Below the pieces are notes generated by a model that did no database searches, was not told the DNA's origin, and saw only the letters and a program-made list of their open reading frames with translations. A stretch of 64,000 nucleotides of DNA from Candidatus Omnitrophota bacterium. Its GTDB lineage: Bacteria > Omnitrophota > Gorgyraeia > Zapsychrales > JANLHA01. Positions 10,004-18,138 of the stretch are shown here, in pieces (the stretch's first letter is position 1; each line of letters begins with the position of its first letter). The stretch covers positions 1,321-65,320 of the forward strand of contig JAKQKX010000092.1 of NCBI GenBank assembly GCA_029560465.1. The letters run 5' to 3'. Made by a program: the position numbers and the translations under genes.

Positions 10004-10915
10004 ATGAGCAAAGTCGCTTTTATTTTCCCGGGCCAGGGGGCCCAATATGTCGGGATGGGGAAGTCGTTGTATGAGCATTCTTCGGAGGCGAAGGCTGTGT
10101 TTGATCAGGCGGATGAGATCCTCGGCAAGAATCTGAAAGATATTATTTTTGAGGGCCCGGTTGAAACCCTGACGTCGACGGCTTACTGTCAACCGGCGAT
10201 CCTTACGACAAGTTTTGCCGCTTATAAAGCTTTGTCCGGCCGCGGAATTCAGCCGGCTTTCCTGGCTGGCTTGAGCTTGGGGGAATTGACGGCGGTGGCT
10301 GTCAGCGGTGCGTTGAGCTTTGAGGACACTCTGAAACTTGTCGAGCGGAGGGCCGCTTTTATGGAGGAGGCGACCAGGCTTAACGATGGCAAAATGGCCG
10401 CGGTTATCGGATTGGATAAGGAAACGATCATCGGGATTTGCCAAAAAGCGGGGGCGGAGGTTGCAAACTTTAACTCTCCTCAACAGATTGTCATCACTGG
10501 CCACGCGGAAAAAGTGGCTGATGCGTGCTGCTTACTGAAAGCTGCCGGCGCGAAAAATGTGGTGCCTTTGGAGGTTTCCGGGGCTTTCCATTCCAGCCTT
10601 ATGCGCGCCGCGGAAGAAAAGTTTAAGCAGGAATTAGAGCGATATGCGTTTAAGGACACGGAAGTTCCCCTTGTGTCGAACGTCAATGCCAAGCCGGCGA
10701 CACAGGCGGAGGTGGTGCGAGGGAACCTTTCAAGGCAGATCACTTCGAGTGTCCAGTGGGTGGATTCAATCAATTTTATGGAGAGGGAGGGTGTCATAAA
10801 TTTTGTTGAAATAGGCCCGGGGAAAGTCTTAAAAGGACTGCTCCGCAAGATTAATGCCCAGTTTCAAGTCATTAATGTTGATAAATTTGAAGATATTGAA
10901 GCTGTTAATTTCTAG
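10004..10915 (+). CDS. fabD: Malonyl-CoA:ACP transacylase FabD
   Basis: GQGAQY start, active-site GLSLGE, and downstream GAFHS. ATG at 10004 with RBS GAAAGGAAC upstream. The GTG-initiated frame from 9959 is probably an over-extension. Confidence 0.92.
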   Translation: MSKVAFIFPGQGAQYVGMGKSLYEHSSEAKAVFDQADEILGKNLKDIIFEGPVETLTSTAYCQPAILTTSFAAYKALSGRGIQPAFLAGLSLGELTAVAVSGALSFEDTLKLVERRAAFMEEATRLNDGKMAAVIGLDKETIIGICQKAGAEVANFNSPQQIVITGHAEKVADACCLLKAAGAKNVVPLEVSGAFHSSLMRAAEEKFKQELERYAFKDTEVPLVSNVNAKPATQAEVVRGNLSRQITSSVQWVDSINFMEREGVINFVEIGPGKVLKGLLRKINAQFQVINVDKFEDIEAVNF

Positions 10916-11067
10916 GATGGGTGACCATCAGAGATCCTTTATATCCAGCTTTTCTCTACAGTATTTTGCCTGAATATATTAAAACTGCGTGTTTTAGCTG
11001 ATTTTTTATGCTCTTTCTATTCCCAATTAACTTTTTCCCAACCTTTTTTAAATAAATTTTACATATT

Positions 11068-11099
11068 TTTGTTTAAAGACCGAAAAGTTTGCTATAATT
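11068..11099 (+). promoter_or_regulatory. Putative sigma70-type promoter with extended -10 (TGCTATAAT) upstream of the FabZ-like/KAS/AAR operon
   Basis: TATAAT at 11094-11099 is preceded by TGC (extended -10). A weak -35-like TTTAAA lies 16 bp upstream. It sits in a 230-bp AT-rich intergenic gap after fabD. Confidence 0.3.
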
Positions 11100-11147
11100 A
11101 ATTATCAAAGTCATTAAGAGAATGAGTGTAAGTAATATAATTATAAT

Positions 11148-11624
11148 ATGTTACCGAAATTCCGGGGCATGCCGATACTCGTTAACAACAATGATTTGCA
11201 GAAAGCCCTCCCGTATGAATACCCTTTTTTATTAATAGACCAGATTGAAGATTATATTCTCGGGAAAAGCATTACAGCGATAAAAAATCTTACAATAAAT
11301 GAATGGCCGTTTGCGGCCGCTGATTCCCAAAATAACTGTTATCCGGAAACACTTTTAATTGAAGCGGCGGCGCAGGCAGCTTTGGCCTTGTATCACCTGA
11401 CGTTCGCTGATGATTGTCAACGGTCTTCACCTGTTATTGGCAGGGTTTATGCGGATTTTTCAGCGCAAGTTAACGCCGGAGACCGCCTTAAGTTTACTGT
11501 GCTGGCGGGGAAGTTCATGCGTCAGGGCGGATATGCGACAATCGGAATTTTTTCCCAGGAAAGCAAGTGCGCGGAGGTTAAACTGGTGTACGGCGTAGTG
11601 CCTCGGAGCCCAACGAGATGGTAA
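11148..11624 (+). CDS. FabZ/FabA-like hotdog-fold protein, an active-site variant lacking the conserved catalytic His
   Basis: Aligns by eye to FabZ (LPYEYPFLLIDQI ~ LPHRFPFLLVDRV; IKNLTINEWPF ~ VKNVSVNEPFF; LLIEAAAQA ~ LILEAMAQA). The canonical GHFP His is replaced (FAAADS). The catalytic Glu equivalent is retained. Confidence 0.7.
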   Translation: MLPKFRGMPILVNNNDLQKALPYEYPFLLIDQIEDYILGKSITAIKNLTINEWPFAAADSQNNCYPETLLIEAAAQAALALYHLTFADDCQRSSPVIGRVYADFSAQVNAGDRLKFTVLAGKFMRQGGYATIGIFSQESKCAEVKLVYGVVPRSPTRW

Positions 11625-12844
11625 AACAAAATCAGCCAAATCAAAGACGGGTTGTCGTGACAGGGCTTGGAGTTGTGTCTTCTGTCGGGATCGGCTGGCA
11701 GGAATTTTGGAAAAATCTCCTTGCCGGCAAAAGCGGGATCAGTGAGGTGACGGCGTTTGATACGTCGAAGCATGATATCCATCTTGCTGGTGAAGTAAAA
11801 GGATTTAATCCCGATGATTTTATCAGCCATAATAAAATGAAAGGCCTGCCTCGAGGATCAAGATTTGCGATCGCCGCCTCCCGTTTGGCATTAAAAGATG
11901 CGTGCTTAAAGGAGCATGATTTGAGGAAGAAATGCGCCGGAGTCGTTTTGGGGACGACCATGGGTGAAATTCAAGTCGTCGAACAAATGGTAAAACATTT
12001 GTATGTCACCCAGAAAGGGTTTAAGGCCATCCGCGCTTTAATGTATCCTTGTAATTTAATCCCCAGCAATGTCGCCCATTATTTCAGGGTGACAGGACAA
12101 AATAGGATTCTTGGGAACGCTTGCGCGGCTGGTAACTTTGCCATTGGATACAGTTTTGATTTAATCAGGCAGGGTAATGCGGACTATATGCTTGCCGGAG
12201 GCGTGGATGTCCTTTCCCGGATAGCGTTTTCGGGGTTTGTTCGCTTATTTGCCATGTCAAAAGATAAATGTCAGCCTTTTGATAAAAACCGGAAAGGGAT
12301 GATGTTGGGGGAAGGGGCGGGTGTCCTTATTCTTGAATCTCTGGAGAATGCGTTGGAACGCGGGGCTAAGATTTACGCGGAGGTATTAGGGTATGGGGTG
12401 TCCTGTGATGCCAATCATATGACACATCCTTTAGTGAGCGGGGTGGAAAAAGCGGTCTGGAAGTCATTGCGAAATTCTAGTGTTGACATTACCGATGTCG
12501 ATTATATAAACGCGCATGGAACCGGGACAACGGAAAATGATAAGGCAGAATGTCAAGCTTTTCATAACGTCTTTGGCGAAAGGTTGCCCCATATCCCAGT
12601 GAGTTCAATAAAGTCCATGCTGGGACATTCAATGGGGGCAGCGTCGGCATTGGAGGCCGTTGTTTGTTGTTTAAGCATCGACCGATCTGAAATTCCACCC
12701 ACAATTAATTATGAAGAAAAAGATCCGGAATGTGAAATTGATTGTGTGCCTAATATAAGTAGAAAACATCCTGTTAAACTTGCTCTTAACAATTCCCAGG
12801 CTTTTGGGGGGAATAATTGTAGTGTAATTTTAGGTAAATATTAA
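11618..12844 (+). CDS. Beta-ketoacyl-ACP synthase (KAS I/II family, FabF/FabB-like)
   Basis: Active-site Cys (NACAAGNFAIGY), His-His pair (NAHGTGT...ND; GHSMGAAS), and a C-terminal ...AFGGNNCSVILGKY. Overlaps the upstream hotdog gene by 7 nt, suggesting translational coupling. Confidence 0.88.
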   Translation: MVKQNQPNQRRVVVTGLGVVSSVGIGWQEFWKNLLAGKSGISEVTAFDTSKHDIHLAGEVKGFNPDDFISHNKMKGLPRGSRFAIAASRLALKDACLKEHDLRKKCAGVVLGTTMGEIQVVEQMVKHLYVTQKGFKAIRALMYPCNLIPSNVAHYFRVTGQNRILGNACAAGNFAIGYSFDLIRQGNADYMLAGGVDVLSRIAFSGFVRLFAMSKDKCQPFDKNRKGMMLGEGAGVLILESLENALERGAKIYAEVLGYGVSCDANHMTHPLVSGVEKAVWKSLRNSSVDITDVDYINAHGTGTTENDKAECQAFHNVFGERLPHIPVSSIKSMLGHSMGAASALEAVVCCLSIDRSEIPPTINYEEKDPECEIDCVPNISRKHPVKLALNNSQAFGGNNCSVILGKY

Positions 12845-12871
12845 TAAATAAAAAAAGAGGTATTGGTAAAA

Positions 12872-12952
12872 GTGAATAAATTTGCTTTTATAGGCCACCC
12901 AATTAATATGCAACATCTGTTAAATTTATTTGATCGTTTCAGGTCTTATTAA
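12872..12952 (+). pseudogene. 26-codon remnant resembling the N-terminus of an AAR-family acyl-ACP reductase (gene fragment)
   Basis: GTG-initiated mini-ORF VNKFAFIGHPINMQHLLNLFDRFRSY* with RBS AAGAGG upstream. It resembles the N-terminus of cyanobacterial AAR (MFGLIGHLTSLEQA...) and of the full-length AAR-like gene at 14406 (IAFMVHPVNVEGL). Confidence 0.4.
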
Positions 12953-12955
12953 AAT

Positions 12956-14395
12956 ATGGCTGAGAGAAAGGAGAAGATGAGAGAGGGCTCGTTTGATGTC
13001 ATTATTATAGGTGCTGGTATCAGTGGTTTAGTGACCGGGTGCTATTTAACTCAAGCGGGCTTGAAAGTCCTTTTGATTGAGCAGAGGAAAGAAGTTGGGG
13101 GTTATTGTCGCTCGTTTGTTTTAAAAAATAATTTAAGGTTTGATGCTTGTGTACATTCTTTAGCTAGTTGTAGAGGGGGAGGTACCCTCGGTGAAATTAT
13201 TAATGATTTAAATTTAAAGAAGTTTTTAATAATTACTGAAACAGCCATTCCCAATATTATTATTTTTGGAGAAAAGAAGATTAGGTTCTACCGGGATTTG
13301 GGGAAGACAATCGATGAATTTATTCGCTCCTTTCCAGGCGAAGAGGCAAACATAATATCCTTTTTCCAATTTGTTTCTAACTCTGATCCGTTACTTTTTG
13401 CTCGATTAAGGAATAAAACATTTTGTGAGTTTTTAGATGGCTTGTTTAAAGATAAGTCACTTAAAAGAATAATCGAGAGAATAATTCTAATTAGTACTGG
13501 GGTTCTTCCGGAAGATTTGTCTGCTTTTATCGGATGCTCAACATTTAAGGAGTATGTGTTAGATTCTGGATATTATCCTATAGGAGGGATGCAATCTTTT
13601 TCTGATGCTTTGGCTAAAATTGTTGTGTCAACTGGCGGGGTAATTAAGTGTGGGGATAAGGTTGAAGAAATTGTCTTGAGAGAAGGGCGCGTTGCTGGAG
13701 TATTGTTGAAGAACGGGGTATTTTTAAAAAGTCCGCGTGTCGTATCAAGTGGTGATGTGTATCAAACTTTTGTTAATTTAATTCGTAACTGTAAGGTAAA
13801 TAAATATTGGAAATCAAAAATTAATTGTATGATCCCATCTATGTCTGCAATATGTGTATATTTAAGTGTGGAAAGAGAAATTGAAAAAGATATAGATTTC
13901 CAATCAACTTTGTATTTTCTTAATAATTCAATTAGTAGGGATAGTGAAGAATCAATTCAGGACCACAAGAGAAGCTCTTTTCTTGTAAGTTGTCCGAGTC
14001 TGCTCGATAAAACAATATCTAATAGTTCGAGGATCCCTGTTCTTGCGTTAACTAACGCATTTTTCAAATCTCGTGACTTTTGGTCTTTTAATAAAAAATT
14101 TTTTGTAACCGAAATAATAAATATATTGAAAAGTGGATATCCAGAATTCTTTAAGACTGTTAGCTGTTGTGGTGTTGCAACTCCGCAGATTTTATATAAT
14201 TGGACATTGAATTATAGAGGGGCGGCTTACGGTTGGGCGGGTATACCTAGTCAACTTGGAGATGCGGATTTAAAAATTAAAAACGATATTAAAGGTTTAT
14301 ATCTGTCTGGTCATTGGATTACTAAAGCACATGGCATAATATCTGCAGCTTATTCTGGGAAAAGAGCGGCAAAGCAAATTTTGAAGGATTGTTAA
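12956..14395 (+). CDS. FAD-dependent oxidoreductase (phytoene-desaturase/amine-oxidase-like fold)
   Basis: N-terminal Rossmann dinucleotide-binding motif DVIIIGAGISGLVTGCYL...LLIEQRKEVGGY. Size 479 aa. Markedly AT-rich relative to flanking housekeeping genes. Confidence 0.75.
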   Translation: MAERKEKMREGSFDVIIIGAGISGLVTGCYLTQAGLKVLLIEQRKEVGGYCRSFVLKNNLRFDACVHSLASCRGGGTLGEIINDLNLKKFLIITETAIPNIIIFGEKKIRFYRDLGKTIDEFIRSFPGEEANIISFFQFVSNSDPLLFARLRNKTFCEFLDGLFKDKSLKRIIERIILISTGVLPEDLSAFIGCSTFKEYVLDSGYYPIGGMQSFSDALAKIVVSTGGVIKCGDKVEEIVLREGRVAGVLLKNGVFLKSPRVVSSGDVYQTFVNLIRNCKVNKYWKSKINCMIPSMSAICVYLSVEREIEKDIDFQSTLYFLNNSISRDSEESIQDHKRSSFLVSCPSLLDKTISNSSRIPVLALTNAFFKSRDFWSFNKKFFVTEIINILKSGYPEFFKTVSCCGVATPQILYNWTLNYRGAAYGWAGIPSQLGDADLKIKNDIKGLYLSGHWITKAHGIISAAYSGKRAAKQILKDC

Positions 14396-14405
14396 TTCTA
14401 AATAT

Positions 14406-15503
14406 ATGGAACATAATGATAAAATTGCTTTTATGGTTCACCCGGTGAATGTCGAGGGTTTGTATTTTATACTTGGGCGTTATTTTCCATTTGTTCAAAG
14501 AATACCGTTGTTTTATTTAAAAGGTTTGATTCAAAAGTTGCCCCCATTTAAATTTTTAAATATTAGAAGGATTAAATCAACCACAGGGAAGACAGTTGAT
14601 GGGATTATTGTTGTTTGCCCATTATTGCCGGAACATTTTGTTTCAATGCCGCAACAGGTCGTGATAAATAAGATTTTGCGTGGGGCTCAAATTTCTCAGG
14701 AATTGGGCGCTAAGATTCTTTCGTTAGGGGGATTTACTTCGATCTTCTCTAATCAGGGGCTGGATATTTGTAATAAATTAGAGATAGCTATTACAACTGG
14801 TAATTCTTATACAGCTAGCTTGGTGGTTGAGGCGATTTTAAAGGCTTCTAATTTTATGAATATTGATTTGTCAAAATCCTCTCTGACAATTTTAGGAGGA
14901 ACGGGGGATATTGGGAAAGCCTGCGCTCAAGTACTAGGTAGAAAGGTGAACTCGATGAATTTGATAGCTAGAGATCAAGATGCATTGGCGGATGTAAGGA
15001 GAGAACTCGAGAATGTTTGTTCTGCAAGAATAAATATTGGGAGACTGGAGGATAAGTATTTGGAAAATGCTGATATAATTATTTGTTCAACAAGTTCCAT
15101 CACAACTCTTATTGATTCACAAGAGTTGAAAAGAGGTGCTTTGCTTTGTGATGTCTCTCTCCCACCCAATGTTGCCAGAAACATAAAGAAAAAAAGAAAA
15201 GATATCTTTGTCTTTGAGGGGGGGTATGCAAAATTGCCGTTTTATAATGAAATTGACAATGTGATATTTAAAAAATATTTTATTCATGAGAATATTTTTG
15301 GATGTTTAGCAGAATCTATAATTTTGGCTTTAGAAGGAAATTTTGTTAATTATTCTTTAGGGAGAGGTAATATTACGGTGGAGAAAATGAACCATATTAA
15401 TTTGTTGGGGAAAAAACATGGCGTTCATTTGGCGCCATTCTTTTGTTCTAATCAAGTTTTTCAAGATGATGACTTGCGTTCTTTTTCGCAAGCGATAAAT
15501 TAA
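14406..15503 (+). CDS. Long-chain acyl-ACP reductase (AAR) family protein
   Basis: Blocks shared with cyanobacterial AAR recalled from memory: SLGGFTSI, ITTGNSYTA, LGGTGDIGKACAQVL (NAD(P)-binding), VFEGGY, FGCLAE, LGRGNITVEKMN..G..HG. Length 365 aa, close to AAR (~340 aa). Confidence 0.7.
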   Translation: MEHNDKIAFMVHPVNVEGLYFILGRYFPFVQRIPLFYLKGLIQKLPPFKFLNIRRIKSTTGKTVDGIIVVCPLLPEHFVSMPQQVVINKILRGAQISQELGAKILSLGGFTSIFSNQGLDICNKLEIAITTGNSYTASLVVEAILKASNFMNIDLSKSSLTILGGTGDIGKACAQVLGRKVNSMNLIARDQDALADVRRELENVCSARINIGRLEDKYLENADIIICSTSSITTLIDSQELKRGALLCDVSLPPNVARNIKKKRKDIFVFEGGYAKLPFYNEIDNVIFKKYFIHENIFGCLAESIILALEGNFVNYSLGRGNITVEKMNHINLLGKKHGVHLAPFFCSNQVFQDDDLRSFSQAIN

Positions 15504-15507
15504 TAAT

Positions 15508-17685
15508 ATGAATATTCCTTGTCTGTTCCCCCTGTTTACTGGACTGCTTGTTTTCTTTGTCGGGGTTATTGCATATACAAAAAGTCATTTTAATCAAATA
15601 AGTAAAAATTTTTTTATTTTTTGCCTTACGATATTCTTGTGGCAATTCTCTTACGGTATAGCGTTTTATTTAAACAGCAAGCCTATCAGTTTCTTATGGC
15701 TTAAAATTGGTTATACAGGTGTTATTTTTACATCTGCTGCTCTTTGCCCATTTGCATTAGAACTATTAAATAATTTTTATAGGAATAAATTGAGTTTCGT
15801 CTTTTATTCCATATCATCTCTTTTCTCTGCGGCCCTTTGGTTCACTAATTATTTTATCTCTGCTGAATATTATGAATACTTTTGGGGGATATATCCCAAG
15901 GCAGCGATAATGCACCCTTTTTTCGTTTTATATATGAACTTAATTTTTTCTGGGATTATTTTCCTTTTGCTCTTTGAATCATTTCGAGAGAAGAATAAGC
16001 AATTGCATACACAAAGACTTAGATATGTTGGAGGTGCATTAAGTATTGGCGCTTTTGCTTCAATAGATTTTGTCGCAAACTATGGATATGAAATATACCC
16101 TTGTGGTTGGATATTTGTAATTTCTTATATTTTAATTATTGCATATACAATAATTAAATACCGATTAATGGATATAAATTTAATCTTAACAAGAACAAGT
16201 ATTTTTATTGTTGTTTATTCCTTCGTCCTTGGAATACCCTTCGCCATAGCTTTCGGCTGGAAAGAACGCCTTATTTATATTATCGGTGATAATTGGTGGC
16301 TTGTGCCGTTGATAAGTTCTACAGTTTTGGCTACCGCAGGGCCGTTTATCTATTTGTATATTCAGAAACGGGCGGAAGCCCGGTTATTCCAGGAGCAAAA
16401 ACGATATCAGGCCACTTTGCGGCAGGCTTCCGCGGGGATGGGGCGGATTAAAGACATTACCCGCCTTGTGAACCTGATTGTCCATATCGTCAGCCGGACC
16501 GTGCGTCTTGAGCATACGTTGGTCTATTTGTTTGACCCTGAAACAAAATTATATCATTTGCGCGCTTCCCGCGCCCGGTCCGCAAGATTTAAAACACAAA
16601 ACACGATCGAAAATATTTCACCGATTGTAAAGTATCTCATCCGTACGCGTAACCCGATAGTTTATGAAGAGATTAAGCAGCAAACCCAGGATTATGGGGA
16701 TATGAATTTGGCCCGTTTGGAATCTGAACTGGTCGCAGTGAATGCCGAGTTGGTCGTCCCGTGTTTTATCGATGATAAGTTGTTGGCGGTTATTGTCCTA
16801 GGTAAGAAAATATCAAATAGTCTATACTCTGAAAGTGATTTGGCGGTTTTCTCGATCCTTGCCAATCAGGCCGCGTTGGCTATGGAGAATGCCATGTTTT
16901 ATGAAGAAATGAAAAATACCCATGCTCAATTAATGAAGGCTGAGAAAATGGCAACGATCGGCACGATGGCTGACGGCCTGTCGCATCAGATTAATAACCG
17001 GCTTCACGCTTTGGGTTTTATAGCGGGAGACGCTCTAGACACGATTAAATTAAAAAAAGATGTGTTCGTGTCGCCGGAAGTAAAAGAGGTGATGATCGAC
17101 CTGGAGCATGCGTTGCATCGAATAGAGGACAATGTCACGCAAGGGGGGGAAATCGTCCGCGGCTTGCTTAAATATACCCGGAAGGGAGAAGAGGGGTTTT
17201 CCGAGCTTGAGTTTGACCAGTTGGTGAATGCCGCCGTTGAGATGACGCAGTTTAAAATTAAGCCTGGGGAAATTCAAATAGTCAAAGAATATGGTAAGGA
17301 TACGCCTAAAATTAACGGAAATTTTACTCAACTTCAGGAAGTGTTTTTTAATCTGATTGATAATGCGTATGACGCGATGATGCAACGGAAGAATGAATTA
17401 AAAGAGAAGGGGTACAGTCCTGTTATAAAAATTTATGCCGAAGGAGATCATAACGGCCGGGTTAATATCCGTTTTGAAGATAACGGAATCGGGATTAAAG
17501 AGGAGGATAAGACAAGGCTTTTTACCCCATTTTTTACGACGAAATTATCAAGCAAAAAGGGCACCGGGTTGGGGCTTTACGTCATTCAAAAACTGATAGA
17601 AGAGAACCATAACGGGAAAGTGGTTTACAACTCGGTTTATAAACAGGGCACAAATGTTTTAATTTCGCTTCATGCTCTCCGGTGA
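15508..17685 (+). CDS. Sensor histidine kinase with multi-pass membrane sensor domain, GAF, HisKA and HATPase domains
   Basis: About 8 N-terminal hydrophobic helices; GAF-like region; H-box (ADGLSHQINNRL); N-box (NLIDNAYDAM); G-boxes (DNGIGI, GTGLGLYV). The start ATG overlaps the AAR-like stop (TAATAATATG). Confidence 0.85.
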   Translation: MNIPCLFPLFTGLLVFFVGVIAYTKSHFNQISKNFFIFCLTIFLWQFSYGIAFYLNSKPISFLWLKIGYTGVIFTSAALCPFALELLNNFYRNKLSFVFYSISSLFSAALWFTNYFISAEYYEYFWGIYPKAAIMHPFFVLYMNLIFSGIIFLLLFESFREKNKQLHTQRLRYVGGALSIGAFASIDFVANYGYEIYPCGWIFVISYILIIAYTIIKYRLMDINLILTRTSIFIVVYSFVLGIPFAIAFGWKERLIYIIGDNWWLVPLISSTVLATAGPFIYLYIQKRAEARLFQEQKRYQATLRQASAGMGRIKDITRLVNLIVHIVSRTVRLEHTLVYLFDPETKLYHLRASRARSARFKTQNTIENISPIVKYLIRTRNPIVYEEIKQQTQDYGDMNLARLESELVAVNAELVVPCFIDDKLLAVIVLGKKISNSLYSESDLAVFSILANQAALAMENAMFYEEMKNTHAQLMKAEKMATIGTMADGLSHQINNRLHALGFIAGDALDTIKLKKDVFVSPEVKEVMIDLEHALHRIEDNVTQGGEIVRGLLKYTRKGEEGFSELEFDQLVNAAVEMTQFKIKPGEIQIVKEYGKDTPKINGNFTQLQEVFFNLIDNAYDAMMQRKNELKEKGYSPVIKIYAEGDHNGRVNIRFEDNGIGIKEEDKTRLFTPFFTTKLSSKKGTGLGLYVIQKLIEENHNGKVVYNSVYKQGTNVLISLHALR

Positions 17686-17733
17686 TGTGTGCTATCATAA
17701 TTTACAGCTTTTATTACGGGAAAGGATGTCGGT

Positions 17734-18096
17734 ATGTCTAAGCTTTTGATTGTCGATGATGAAATAGATATCAGAGAATTCGCTAGGAATTTTTTTAAAA
17801 AAAGAGGGATTGAAGTGTTTACCGCCAGCGGCGGCAGCGACGCACAAGAGATTATCGAGCATGAGAATCCTAACCTGGTGCTTTTAGATGTGCGCATGGA
17901 AGAAATTACTGGCGTGGAATTATTAAGGAATGTCCGGGAAAAGGGCAATAATGTTAAAGTTATTATGGTGAGCGGGGTCGAGGATGAATCGGTTATTGAT
18001 GAAGCGCATAACCTCGGGATTTTGGGCTTTATACACAAGCCGCTTGTTTTAGATGAGTTGGAAAAGATTGTCTTGAAAGAACTCCACCCAGAATAG
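17734..18096 (+). CDS. Single-domain response regulator (CheY-like receiver)
   Basis: LLIVDDE...; phospho-acceptor context LVLLDVRM; a conserved Ser/Thr/Lys pattern (IMVSG...FIHKP). 120 aa. Confidence 0.85.
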   Translation: MSKLLIVDDEIDIREFARNFFKKRGIEVFTASGGSDAQEIIEHENPNLVLLDVRMEEITGVELLRNVREKGNNVKVIMVSGVEDESVIDEAHNLGILGFIHKPLVLDELEKIVLKELHPE

Positions 18097-18138
18097 CCTG
18101 CCGCAGCACAGATAGTGTCTTCACGTTAAAGTTGTCAT

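Noticed and set aside
9917-10504. 195-aa minus-strand ORF overlapping fabD
   Set aside because: Antisense to FabD, which has canonical GQGAQY and GLSLGE motifs. There is no RBS or domain signal.
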